A DNA stretch of 64,000 nucleotides from Phoronis australis (Eukaryota; Animalia; Phoronida). A program made the position numbers and the translations under genes. Positions 12,963 to 26,786 of the stretch are shown here, piece after piece (position 1 is the first letter of the stretch; every line of letters starts with the position of its first letter). Where the stretch lies: assembly GCA_002633005.1 (NCBI GenBank), contig NMRA01000058.1, positions 958,409 through 1,022,408 on the forward strand, read 5' to 3'. The notes beneath the pieces were generated by a model that was not told where the DNA came from, made no database searches, and saw nothing but the letters and a program-made list of their open reading frames with translations.

Positions 12963-13641
12963 CAGGCCTTCATCCAGGATTTTGAAAATAGGGTGTCCAA
13001 AATGGGGTTCCCAATATTCCAGGGCGTCCATGATTCCAATGACGCACTACCCCCACTCCCCGCCACCATTCACCAGTAACCCCCNTAGCTCTCTTGTAGT
13101 GATCTTTTTACTGAAAAAAAACCCGTGTGGATCTAGACTTTTATGTCCAAATTTACAAAAACAGCCAAATAGCTAACCAAACAGGTATTACACATATTAC
13201 AGATTTTGGTTGAACGATAAGTGCAAATTTCTGTTATAATGTTTATAATATCTTAACTAGCTTTACATAGTCATCAAAGCTGCAGTAACCAACACAAGAA
13301 AAATGCACAGATGATGCCTAAGAGGTCTATGGCAGAGACACTCTGGCAACCAAACAGGTGCTTATGATTGACAGGTCTTCTAAATACTTTGAAAATACTT
13401 TGAACAATGTAACATTTTATATACATTTTATATACATTGTATATACATTGTATAATTATTTCTGCCAACTTCTCTCCTTCATTAACTGGGGTGTCCTAGT
13501 AAGCTTACAATGCTAGTGTCTAAAGGAAAAATTCTGATTGACAGGGCGTCCAAATGATACATTGGGGTCCTTGCCAGGGCATACAGATTAGTGCTAGGGC
13601 GTCCATTTGGACGCCCAGGACGTACGCTGCATGAAGGCCTG
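12963..13641. mobile_element. Non-autonomous hAT element
   Basis: TIR CAGGCCTTCAT/ATGAAGGCCTG. Perfect 8-bp TSD CCTCTATG at 12955-12962 and 13642-13649. Subterminal GG(G/C)GTCC motifs. Confidence 0.9.
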
Positions 13642-15438
13642 CCTCTATGAAAGGTTGACTTTCATGGAAGTTCCGTCCAAATAAAATTGGCCCTTTTTAA
13701 TCATGCCGTCTAGATCTAAGAGGCTGTGTTGTATCGCGCCGACTAAATATGGTTTGATATCCTGAATAACTAAGCGTATTGTATCGATCCAAATGTGGTA
13801 GCCGGGTAAACATTTTTTTCTACTTTTTAACAGGTGGACATTGGCGAGAGTCCCTACACCTTTGGCTGCACTCTGAAGTCATGCCATTGTCACAAGATGC
13901 GGTCGAGTTTGAACACTGTGTTAACCTGTACAAAAATGTTTCTAGCCATATGTTATCATCTTTATTTCACAAACTGCATTTTTGCATGTATACAGTTATC
14001 ACATGGCACCATTAGATACTAACTCATGAGCAGGTTGATGTGACAGCCTATATCTGTATGATACCCGACCTCTTAGTTAAACAAAGATGATATAAACTTG
14101 TGTTCCGACTTTGAAGGAAACAAAAAGGAACCGTAAATTGAAGCTCAAGTTAAACCATAACGCAAGTTTGAGTCGTTGCTAATAGTATTGCAATCTACGA
14201 AAATGGCTGTTTGTCTAATAGCCTAAGTTTGACTTCCTTTTGCTTTAGATTGCTTTCGGTTCACAAAAATTTCAAGTCTGGTCAGCACGCCACCTATTGG
14301 CTACATCACTTTCAGTTATAACTTGGTCTCAACTCGTTCCTCTCTCAGATGACCAATTACTCTGTTAGGAGGAACTGACAGGTGTGCCTGCTAGACACAT
14401 AAATTGGCGGATCATGACAAGCTAACTCACTATTAAGCTTGACCTCAAGCCTAGATATTGTATTTAATCCCAACAAGGAACAAGTTAAGAGCACATTTAT
14501 GGTTTTAATCTCTTAAATCTGAAGTTATTTTTATGGAAGGCAGGTTTATAGTCGCTTTTTAATTGGCTGCTGCTGCCACCTGGTGTTACTTGCTACGTGA
14601 GTTTAGTGTAACCATCGATACTCGATGTAGTGTATGGAAAAAACATGAGATAATTCTCAATGTCCGTAACCTACACCCAGGGATGCATGTAGCCTTGGGC
14701 AACTGTGGAGATCAAGGTCTGACAGGACTCTGAAGACTTTCAGCATTCTAATTCACAGACTTGGGATTTGTTGTGAAGAACAGGATTATAAATTCAAAGT
14801 TAAAAAGTTGCATCTATGAAACCCAGGCACATCTGGGTAACAGTTCACGTGTGAATGTGTTCAGAAATGTTGACCTAACAGTAGCTACTGACCGATGACA
14901 CTGATATTGCTGTTAGGTCGAATTGTAGTGCGACCCCACATAAAGTAATGGAAAGATTTCAGTATTAATTAATCGTGGATATACATGAAAATGGCATAAA
15001 ATCGATACTTCGACGATTACAGATTTTGTTCAGACCAGTAACTTTATTCAAATTGCACAACTGCCTAGCATATTTTCCTATGAATTGGTCGTTGGACAAA
15101 ATAGTATTCTGTTTCAAGGGATTATTAGTCCTGAAAAGTACATAAATATTCTGCAAATATGCATGTCTAAGATTTCGAAAGTCATTATTGATTAGTTGCA
15201 TCAGCTTTTGACAGCTTTCATTAATTTTCTATAATTAGCGAAAAGGCAGTGATAAACAGTCATAACAGTACAAGCCTTAGGAAAGATGGCCAGAGAACGA
15301 CCCAGGTTGGGAGCGATACTCGGCGAAAATAAATATTAGTTACATCTCCATCTCATCATCCACAGATCACATTTACGATTATGGATTAAAGCCTATCCTG
15401 TAACCTGTGCTATTTACTTACCTTTCATACTGACTTAA

Positions 15439-17041
15439 AGGAGAATGCCACCCAATTTAATTAGTCTTTTTTGCCGTCTTAATCTGTCTATATCCACATC
15501 GCCTCGCATACGGTCGACCTTACCTTGCCGAGAGGTGTCACGTTAACCTGTGAGGAAGGTGAGAAACAACGCAGCGACGTCAATGGTTCATTTGCCGCTA
15601 TTTTCGGTGAATCGTTCTTGTTGTCCGAACTATGCAGCTGCGAGGAAAGCCAGTATATTGTTTTTTTCGACTTCCTCGAGAGTCCGAAATGCTTAGGAAG
15701 TGGCTCGCAGTAGTGAAGAGTGAAACTTAATACGCTGTAAATAGCAAGCATGAGGCCGTGAAACATCTCCGTGTCTGTGGCCTGCAGTCGTCGACAGTGC
15801 TTGATGAATGCCGGCTTACCAAAAGCTATCTATACGTTCCGTTGTCTGAGCTTGTTCACGGCGCCTCTCTAGTATTTCTTTATCACTGTATTCTGGTTCG
15901 AACTGATAGCTTATGAAACATAACGATCCACTGCGAAGTCTTCGTCGGGATGAGCTCTCGTCTAAGTCGGGATTGCGAGTTGCCACTTGGCACATTGACG
16001 TTTATTATTGAGCATTTTGTTTCAAAATGAATCATTCTCACCCTAACCAATATAAAACTGAAACAAGGTCTGTCACATTAGATGCAATGTTGTAATGCCT
16101 TTGGAATGCTCATGAGTGCAAATGATTTGAGAAGCCAGCAATGAATAAATCACTGCGTTACTGGCTTTAGGTGCAATAAACTAATTGACGGGACACTGAG
16201 GCCGTGTGAGCTCATGCTAATTCAGTGTTTGCTGACAGAAACTGTTGTGAAACAACTCTATTTCTATCCTAAGGCCAGGTGTTAGGGGAATCTTTGTTCA
16301 CATTTACATTATTCAAATAATGATTTTCAATGTACAACTTCTACCCTGACGGTTCTGTTGCCAAAGCGGAACCTGAATTCGCGGACCCCCTGACGATTAA
16401 GTAAGTAGATTTGCAGTTTCGTGGCAAATTCACCAACATAATCACGTGCACATTACTTCTTTGGCTCACTAATATAGTATTTTCTTGACTGGAAGCTTAG
16501 TTTCCAACTTTGGCTGGTTGATGTTCGTGATGTCTTCAGTTCTGCCGGCCGCGACTGACCTGATCGGTTTCCGAGCCACTGGCTGGGATGATTCGGCTCC
16601 AAAGCACTGGCCAGGATAACAAGCGTTTTGTGTGTTTAGAATTCAAAAAATCACAAGTCTAAACAACACAAATCTATGTTCTCCTGTCTGTATCTCACGG
16701 AAAAATGCTTCGAATTTATCTCCTGCTACGGACCTTGCATTTAGTGCCGAACTCTGTAGGCTACGGTGTGTCCAAATACCAATAAATCCGTAACAGCGAA
16801 ATAAAACAACACGTTTTTATAAGAACTCGGTGTATTTTTAAGGGTTTTGCATCGAAGTTTGATGATTTATCGGTGCTAAATGATGAATTCAAGCGATTAG
16901 CGTGTGAAACCAATTACGTCACTGGATAATTTCAACACCTCCGTCTGCCGTCAGGTAACACAACCGTACGTGCCGTTATCGAGTAGAACTATTCAATCTA
17001 AATTGATACAAATTGGGTTGTTTTTTGGGTGGCATGCTCCT
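15439..17041 (+). mobile_element. Complete Kolobok/T2-like non-autonomous element, family A (1.6 kb)
   Basis: TTAA|AGGAGAATGCCACCCAA ... TTGGGTGGCATGCTCCT|TTAA. TSDs at 15435-15438 and 17042-17045. No transposase ORF. Confidence 0.9.
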
Positions 17042-17241
17042 TTAACTTCAGTCTTAGCGGAGCGTCGATGTATTAAACTGCGAAGTTAACTAAATTGTTC
17101 AAACCGGCTTCGGTAGTTACTTGACATCGAAGTAAACGGTAGGTGACGCTGTAAAAATGTCATCGAAGTAATCGCAGGGTAGTGCTGCACGCTAAGATTT
17201 TTTAATGTGACAATTTGGGAACATTTAAATGTGCTAATTTA

Positions 17242-18915
17242 TTATGCGCTCACATATTTATATGTGGACGCATTATGCAGTCATCTCCATCCGTCTGTGC
17301 ATCCGTCCGTCTGGCATCTGGCGTCCGGCGTCCGCTGCTCTATTTCTAAAATGCCTCGACGTATCTTCATGAAATTTTGCACATGTGTTCGTTTAGTGGA
17401 TGGGATGGCATGAGCGACTTTTCGAACGGATCCGACTACCGGTGTGTCCCCTAGTGGCAATTTTAGTTTTTTACGTTTACCTGTGTATCTTCAAAAGCCC
17501 TGAATGGATTTTCATAAAATTTGGTATATTGGCACCTACTAGTGAGATGATGCTGTCATACCGTTTTTGGATTGCTTCAACATAGTTTGCACCACCTAGT
17601 GGCCATTTTTACTGTTTTCGAGCCTGTTTCTTTGCGTCCACCCCTCTATCTACCAAATCTCTCTAAGGATGATTGTGAAAATTGACATGTATGTTCTGAC
17701 TATGAAGTGGACGGCCGACGATGATTTTCCGATGATTTCGACTACTGTGGCGCCTCCTAGTGGCATTTTTTGTGTGCCTATGGCTGTATCTTCTAAACTG
17801 TTCGAAGGATCTTTACTAAATTTAGTAAGTGTATTTATATGATGTTGGCAATGGACGACAACAGCTTTCAGACAAATATGACTACTGGTGTGCCACCTAG
17901 TGACAATTTCATTTTTTTACGTTTACCTCTGTATGTTCAAAGGTCCTCAATGTATTTTCATAAAATTTGGCATACAGGCATCTGTTAATGAGATGATGCT
18001 ATCTCATTGTTTCCAGATGGATTTTACCTAGTTTGCGCCACCTATTGGCCACTTTTACTGTTTTTGAGTATATTTTTTTGGCGTCCACTCGTCTATCAAC
18101 CAAACCGCTTTCAGGATAATTGTGAAAATTGGCATGTATGTTTTTACTTTGGTTTTTTTGCGCTTGTCGCTGTATCTCCTAAACCGTTTCCAGGATCTTT
18201 ACTTAATTTAGCAAGCGTATCTAAATGATGTTGACAACGGACGACGACGACTTTCGAACAGATCTGACTATTGGTGTGCCCCTAGTGGCAATTTTATTTT
18301 TTATGTTTACCAGTTTGTATCTTCAAAGGTCCTCAACAGATTTTCATAGAATTTTGAATATAGGCATCTATTGGTAAGATGACGCTATCGTTCTGTTTTT
18401 GGATGTAATCGAGGTATTTTTCACCACCTGGTGACCATTTTTGCTGTTCTCAAATCTTTTTTTGGCGTCCACCCCTCGATCAACCAAATCATTCTGGGGA
18501 TGGTTTTGAAAATTGGCCTATATGTTTTCAGTGTGAAGATGATTGCGACTGACTACTGGCACCTCCTAGTGGTAGTTTTGTTTTGTTTTTCTCTTATAAC
18601 TGTATTTCCAAAACACACTATGAGATCTTTATTAAATTTAGTAAGTGAATTTATGTGAAGATACCGATGACTGTCAGGCGGATCGAACAGATGCTGTGCC
18701 CACAAGTGGCAATTTCATTTTGTTCTGTTTTCCTTTGTTTCTCTGATTAAAGTTCCTTGACACATTTTATGAAATATGGCATGATCCCGTTTTTGGATGG
18801 ATTGTATGTTTTTGCGCCGTCTAGTGGCTATTTTTATGATACAAATAAATAACCCTAAAAGCACACCATTGTGATGCATTCGTGGGCGCATTTCAAGGCT
18901 CCGCGTTGCTCTTGT
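17242..18915 (+). mobile_element. Helentron/DINE-1-like non-autonomous element (family B) with internal tandem array
   Basis: 5' palindrome ATGCGCTCACATATTTATATGTGGACGCAT (17244-17273), then CCGT/CTGT microsatellite, about ten ~140-160 bp monomers, 3' subTIR GTGGGCGCAT (18882-18891) and a short terminal hairpin. T-rich insertion site. Confidence 0.85.
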
Positions 18916-21900
18916 ATAAAACTTATTTTTACTTTGATTGGTGATTATTTGAGCAAAATATAAGCAACTTTTAGTGACCAATAATCACTGGCCTTTAATT
19001 GTTGACGATAACAGTGGCACCTGGCGATAAATTCGATGGAACTGAAGTTGACTATTCATACTGCACCACAGTGTCTACGCTCCTCTGTTAAATCCACCTG
19101 TTTACTGTGAAGTTAACTGGCGATATTAACTTTGATCCATGACCGAACTGAACCGCTCATACTGACGCAACTCCATGAGTCGTCGACGTTAGTGTGAAAG
19201 GGTCTATAGTCACACGCTGAAAACATCTGTTACCAGCCATAAGAGTGTCATGACACAGTTTGTATATTTATAGCAAAATATTGAGTGGCAAATAATAGTT
19301 TTGTTATCGATCTTTAGAATTATTTGTTGGTAATTATTTCCTGATGCAGTATTTTATTTTTTTTTGATAGTATAGTTAATCAGTTAGGCATTCGCAAAGG
19401 AAAATTGTCACCCCTCTTTGATCAGTGGATTGCATTGCCTGAGGTACTGACTGTAAACCTATGTACCTTCAGTATGACAATTGGTCAGTGGAAAGCAATG
19501 GGATATCAAAGCACAAATAGCCCTTACCAGGTAGGTTATCTTTGTGAATTTCATGTGTATTTCTCTTGTGACAAACACAGGTGATGCAATTTGTTCACAG
19601 TTTTGACAACGAGACAATGAACCCTTTGGTATTTCCACATTTATGACACAATAGCTCTTCCATGGTGTTTTAAAGACAATTTGATGACGTCAGGAAAGTA
19701 TTTTCTGGTATTTTGAAATGATAGTTGTTACTAATTATTGTGTAAATGACTGGCTATGTGTAAAAAATACTGCTGATGAGACATGCGAGCTAAAGTCTGG
19801 ATTGCATCACGATCGTTGGGTTGTGTGTGTCATTTACAACAATGCACACATAATTGAAGAGATGGGCAAATATTCACATTTAAGATTGGGTTTCCATTGA
19901 AGCATTATCACTGTACTTGTGTCAAGGTGCAAACAAACTTCTCTTAATTATACCCCGGTTTTCCATATCCGAAGCACAAATTGATTGAACAAATGAGCTT
20001 CAGCTCTCACTGTGATAGTTGTGATCCCTTACATTTGCGTGAACAAGCTTTGGTATAGAGCTTATGCATCACATTTATCTGTGTCTGTCCTTTTTACCCC
20101 TGTCACCTGGTTGTAAGTATACAAAGTTGGATGCATGTTTCCTTCAGCGGCAGAGTTTAATATACTGTGAATAAGGAGAAGTCCATACTATGTGCACGCA
20201 GCTATCCATCTTAATATTCGAAAATTGAACTTGGTGTTCGTCCTGTTGACGTCCAGTATAACCAAAAAATTTAAGCCTTTATCCTCTTTATTGCATTCTT
20301 TTATTTTTGCTAATCCTTGCTTCCATATTTGATTAATGGTCGCACACTTTACTGCTCTTTGGTTACCTTGAACACATGGTTAAATTGCCAACCATTAGAG
20401 AGGTCCTTTCACCTGTGTATCTAGTATATAACCTCTGAAATTTATTAACTGTCCACTCTGAAAGTTTTAGGCTTAAAATATCTGAATGTACTCAGTAGTC
20501 TCTCGTAATTATTAGATTTTATTTTTTATCAGAACTGTGAAGCTGACAGGGACGCTGACTTAGCAAGAGAATGTATAATATATTATTACTGCGTTGCACT
20601 ATTTTGGTAAAAACCTGACCCTTCCATTTGGCCTGTTCTCAGAATTGCGGAAGTTTGTGACGGTTTATTTGCCAGTATTCTTTATCTCCCAGTCAAATTG
20701 CCCAGTTTTTTGTTACAAATGTTTTGTTTCAAAGTCTCACTGCTTTGCTTAAGATGCTCAAAAGTTTGTCAAATGTTGTTTGGACCAAACAATTTCAGAG
20801 GCAGATCTAGGATAGAGCGGTGTCCAACCTAACACTAATATTGCCATTTAAATGGCTAACAACGCCATTTATTTTTGAGGCATAGCCCATTTGCAGAAGA
20901 AACTTAAACTCCACCTATAATTGTAAACAAAGGCATGATTTTGGACTTCTGTGTTGGAGAATAGAGTGATTAAAGGATTAATCTTCCCTGAGATATTTCT
21001 GCTCAAAATCTCAGTTTTCTTTGCCTGAACTTGGAGATAACTGCTCTGTGTTCTCCCCCACCCACTGTCTAAATATGCACCTGTGATTTTGCATGTGATG
21101 GATGTGAACAGTAAGATGTTTCCACAGTTTACTCACTTTCTTATGAGACCATGGGAAAAGAAATCCCTGGTTTATAAAGCAATGTTTGATAACTGAACTA
21201 AAAGAATTACTTAGTAGGTAAAATGTGCTACTTAGTGCCTGTAGGTTGTAATTCACCCTTGTAACTTCTAGAATTTGATAATTTGTCGCCATCTGTCTGC
21301 AAGAAATTTGATCTGATTTTTTTGTGATGACAATTTTACGTTTGGGCTGGAGGGCATGTAATCTAAACTAGTTAATTTATGTTAATCTGTTTGGCCAGGT
21401 AGTTTATTGCAACAACTTGTGAACAAGCTGTATCTGGGCAACTAAGGTGTATTTGCACCCAGTCAGAAGTTCATGTATGTATAAAGCCCAATCGTTTGTG
21501 AAGTTCTCAAACTTCAAAAACATTAAAAAACACCTCGCTTCAATTACTTGGTAGTTAAAATTGGTGAATTTCTTAAAAAATTATTTTGCTCTTAAAAATT
21601 TTACACGTAGTGAATTACTCTATGACTAGCCATATTTTTGGTAATGCTTCATCAAGTTGCATTTTCTATGAGAAAACTGTCACTTCTACCATATTGTGAC
21701 AAGTGTGGTTTAATTTTTTCTTAAGAAATAGATTACCGTACATAAAAATTGATAATTTTGTCACATCATCATCCGAAAGTAGAAAGTTTTACCATTGATT
21801 GTTGAGTATTTTGTGGTAATATGTTAATACACAGTTGTTTACTAATGTGTACCGGTAATACATAGCTTAACTTAACATCTATTAGTCACGTCATTTATCT

Positions 21901-24900
21901 AGAGGCTTCCGGACTGGTTATGATTTCACCGTCTCAACTCCCTTGGGGTGAGAACGTAAGACATTTTTCTAACGGATGTCTACATCAAAGTGCAGTGATA
22001 ATGATACAGCATCATTGTGGTTTGTTTGTTTACTAATACCTAAACTGTTGGCAGGATGTACTGAATATTTGGTGTAAGAAATAATTGTGAAAAATGTATC
22101 TTAATATTTGGCTAATAGTGAGTACTAACATCAAAGTTGTAGTGACAATGCGACACTGCCACAGTGTATTGCAGAGCATTAGTTCACTTCTGTAGTAAAG
22201 AGTTTGCAATTAGCAGACAGTGTCTGCTTTAATTATCCAATGAAAGACATTAGTTTTGAGAGTATACTTGTATTCCCGAGACAACAAAAATTCATTAAGT
22301 CTAGAGCCTTATGTATCATTTTCTGACGCGTTACTGATTAGCCGTGATTTCAAATCATTTTCAAAGTTTAGTTGCAGTTCACACATACATTCCCCAGTCA
22401 GAGCTCGGCTCGATGTCGATTCATTTATGCTCTGGATGTTGATTCAGTTACCCGAGGCTGCATTCTGTGAGTATCATAGAAAAATATTGAAACACGTAAG
22501 ACAAACTGTTGAGGTTAACTAAAGTTGCTTGTTATGTAAGTAGACTTACCAGTATTTAAAACATATATAAGTGAAACATAAAGTTCCTTAATTTTAATTG
22601 AGTTTTAGTGGAGATATTTCTTATTCGGTTTTGATACCTTAGCAAAATTGAACTGGTGGGTTGCTGGACCCTTTCTCATCATCATTTGTGGGATGTTGTT
22701 CAGGGTCAGCGTCGAAATGTGGCAAAGCTTTGCGTTAACTGTGTTTAAGGTATGCATTGCAGCTTTTGACATATTTGCATACTTCTAACTATGCTAATGT
22801 ACAGCGGGAATTAAATGACAATGCTCTTTGAATATCATCTTCGCTTAACAAAGTGCAGTTGTTGTATTCCTTGACAATTTGTATATGTGAAAACAAAATA
22901 TTCTGCAAATACAATCCATCAGCCTTTCAAAACATGCAAGCAGTTGCCTAAAGTATGCCCTTTGCGTACTTTTGGGTGGGCCTATTTTCAGAAATTCCCA
23001 GTTAGTGCTATATTTTTAAATTGAATGAGAGGCTACTGAAAATAGACCGAGTGTTATGGTATACCAGTTTTTATCATTCTGTTATTGCATGCATGACAGT
23101 GAACTGCTATGATAACTTGTGCTGGAAAATGTTACGTGCTTGGCAACACCTTTGCAATACAAGTACCTTTTAGACTACAAGTTGCTTTTCATTACCTGAC
23201 ATACTGTGGCACTACGGTAAGAATCTAGTTTGGGACAGTGACTATTAATAATATTTTGTCGAGGTGGGAGTTTGTATCAAATTTTAGAAATAAACAATGT
23301 CAGGCATTCCAAATACAAGAATTACGATTGATGACAAGCCATCATTCACGTCAATGTTACACACCATGGAAACATGAAAACATTGCGTTGGCAATTGCAT
23401 GATTTCACGATTCTACAGCTTGAACTGAAAAAGTCTATTTTCAGACTCTGTTGATGCAAACACAGTGTCCCATATTTGAGCTGTAACGCCATAATCTCAG
23501 ATACAAATCTCCAGAATCACGAATATTAAATTTTGGCTTAGTGAATTTTAGTGTCCCAAATTTTAGATGTTTTTAAATGGAGAATATGTACAATGATGGC
23601 AACTTCTGAATCACAGCAGTTGTGTCCAATTGCGGAGTAATACCACAGTGCAAGATCTAAGGTAAGTTGGCTTAGGAATAAGGTGATTGGGTGCTAGAGG
23701 CTCTGATGTAACCACTTACCTCTGCGACATGGGCAGAGTGACTACCAATCACCTTCTATAGACTCTGGGGGCAAATTTGTCATCTGGGCACTCAGCTGTT
23801 TTACTGATTGTTCCATCCTCCAGCGTGCAGCCAGCTTCGTCTTAGCTGAAAACGCAGTCATGTTCCTTACTGTATTGGCTGTATTATTTGGAACATCATT
23901 TGAGTTGATACTCAGACAATTAAATTATAAGTTTATTAACAACGACATCAACACGGAATTAAAAGTATAATACAATTATTGTTATGAGGGGACTCGGTGT
24001 CTTTGGAAGTGCTGGGAGGGCCAGCCTCCATTGCTGTTGCTCACTCGCCGGCAGCTCTATAATTAATCATTGGCCAGAATAGATCGGAGCAGTCTTCAAG
24101 TCTCTACTATGTTACTATTTTATATTGGTGGCATGTTGTGGCTGGGGAACTTACACTGTGACAACTGTTCATGTTCGTGGCTTAAAGTGACATTATTAGC
24201 CAAAAAAGTGGTTTTCTGAGATTGGCTGCACGGGCACAACTTCAGCGGTCGCAGTCCAACATTTTGCATGGTGAATGCTTGAGTATTTCAAGCCTGGTCA
24301 CCGACCTTGACTTCAGTGAATGGCTGATTGACATAGGAAAGAATTGGCAATCTGTTGATTGAAAGTGGTCACGCAATATTAACCACTCTGGCAAACCAGC
24401 AGTGTTCAATGAGTGACAGATGCCTTGGGAAGCTCTTTTTGACATTTAAGATTCTCTGAAAATTTTTTATTCATATCCAGAGCGCAGATTTATGGCAAGA
24501 TATGTGTAGGAGCTGGAGGGTGACATTTGTATGTAGCTATTCGTCTCTAGACTGCCAACTTAAAGAACTTAATATCTTAAAGGGTTAATCCAGCTAAAGC
24601 ACTCAAAATAATACCAAACTCAGAGCAACCTGTCACATGGCATAACGTTTTGCTCTTTTCGGTTATCAGACTACAAGCGTTTTTGAGCATGATTTTTTGT
24701 ACATTGGCTGAAATCGGAAAATCATTGCCTACTCTTGTCTGTTTCCGTGTCCTGAGTCCCCTGTACATTAGTTCAGAAACAATTCCTGAATGATGGCTGT
24801 GTTGTCCTTGAAATCATATTGATATCACTTGAACGTAAAACCATTGTTATTTTGTTTGCTTGTTTTTAATTAATATTTCGATTCTTATTTTAAAAAAATA

Positions 24901-26786
24901 CAAATTTGGTTTTCTGCTGTCCAAATGCTCATTTGTTGTCACATGAAGAGTAATAATTTTTAATTGTAAGTTGAAATTGTGAATACTTGCATGTCCCGGA
25001 GCCAACACTAAGTGTCCTGACTTATCGCAGACTACCTAAAGGACCCATTCTGGTAATAAATTACAGAAAAATCTCTAAAAATCTGTAAGACTTGTGGTAG
25101 TATTTTCTTCTTATCCCTAGTGTGAAACTGGAATCAACATATACGTGAAGAATTGTCAGGCAATTGTGGCTAGAGTCCATTCGGCAGCCAACTGACGACG
25201 GCCTTGTTGGATGTTAAAAATTTAAAGTGGTGAAAAAACATTCGCGCATGTTGATTTTTCAATATTTTTTTCAAACTCCTAATACCACTCTCCTTACCTA
25301 AGTTGCAATAACGCGCACATGTACTTGATTTTTAGTGCCTGGCAACAATGCCATGGGATATCTCTGAGTTGCCACAAATCACTTCACTGTGAAAAATTAT
25401 CACTTGCTAACCTGACTAAATTTCAATTACCGGTAGATGAAACATTAATGTGAAAAAGTTTGCTGTCATTATTCATCGGTGTCTAAGAATAAAACCTTTT
25501 GATTAATTAATCAAAAATGCAAGCTAACTAAGGTGGCTCTTAACGGGAGAAGTGAAGTGAATTTTAGTTTAGTGGCTTAATATCTCCGATGAGAAACTTG
25601 TGTTTGAAGCATGATGCAGTAATTTGTTTATTTTTTGGTCTCAAAAACTTCATCTATTCAAGGCCTGTGGGCAGCTAAATGTTTGTACCACGCGTAACAT
25701 AGTTCTCCTTTGTTGCGGTAGTATCATGTATGATCCCATTCTGTCATTACTAAAATTCTTCCTGATACTTTTAATCTCATTGAACATTAACTTTTATTCT
25801 TTCTGAAGTTGTATTTTAAGAACTAGGCCGTGGCTCTCTGTTCAAGCTACATGTAAGTTGGCCAAGTTGTCTGAGACTCTTTCTGGTGGAAATTTGGAAA
25901 TTTATTTTCTCAATTCCACAGGTTAGTTTCATGAAAGTGAGCTAAGACTTAGCACAGAAAATTGGTCTTATGGTCCCTATTCATAACTGTGTAAAAAGGC
26001 CAAGTACTTATGAGCATATCAAAATCTAGAAATGATTTAGAGAAATTGTCTGGGTAACTAATAAACAGTTACCTGTGTCTTCTCTGAGACTGGACTTTCG
26101 TAGAAGTGAGGTTTGTTTTTCAAAACTGTTGTGTGGAGCACAAGACAAAACTTTTGTCTTCAGTCTTATGATCCTAAAGTAGCTGTCGGCGATCGGTTGC
26201 CCTTAGTTTTGTCTTCGATTTCACTGCCGACTGAGGTGTTTTTAACCAATCTAAATTTTATTTTCAATATTTTCACCAATTGTTTGTATATCCTTAATGT
26301 TTTAACAATTTTACTTCGTTTCTGTGACATTGAGTGTTTGTTGTTACGTATATTATGTTTTCCCAATTTTTACTCCTTGTCAAACACACTAATAGTGCTG
26401 CCGATAGACGGCTTTATTATTCAATTGTTGACCTGAATGTATTTCACTTTCGACCTTTCAGTAAATCTAAATTGGCGGAGTCTGTCACTCACCAGAACAT
26501 GCCAAGTGCATACCTATGGATTTTCTGCCTCCGGGTTTTTTATGTAGATAATGAGGTGGCTTCATTTTAGCAATTGCTTTAACACCCTAATACCTGTTGA
26601 AATCACGTGCAATTAGGTCTTTAACTCTGGTGGCGAAGAGTGTTGAGATAAGCTGTGAAGTTTGTAACCAAGTTTTCGGATCAGCTGTGGTTGTTAACAG
26701 GCGCTGAAGTTATGGCAGTTTGGATGTGTGTAACATTGAAGTTATTGCAAAGTGGAGCTTTGAAAGCATTATGCAGGCACATCTCT

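Larger units (their letters stand above)
15419..19204. mobile_element. Probable PIF/Harbinger-like MITE (~0.5 kb) split by two nested insertions
   Basis: CCTTTCATACT at 15421 is inverted to AGTGTGAAAGGGTC at 19191-19204. Shared GAAGTTAACT/CATCGAAG motifs at 17046-17200 and 19020-19190. Confidence 0.45.

Noticed and set aside
14660-14850. Possible DIRS-like RT remnant (LGFVVKN..KS..P..HLG)
   Set aside because: Only one short motif across frameshifts and no YLDD, so too weak to call.
17400-18830. Regularly spaced conserved boxes resembling a CRISPR array
   Set aside because: The intervening sequences are homologous to each other (A/B/C monomers) and too long for spacers. There are no cas genes, and the context is a eukaryotic TE.
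22048-22061. GTTGGCAGGATG as the right TIR of the hAT at 37746
   Set aside because: It lies upstream of the left end, is imperfect, and has no TSD.
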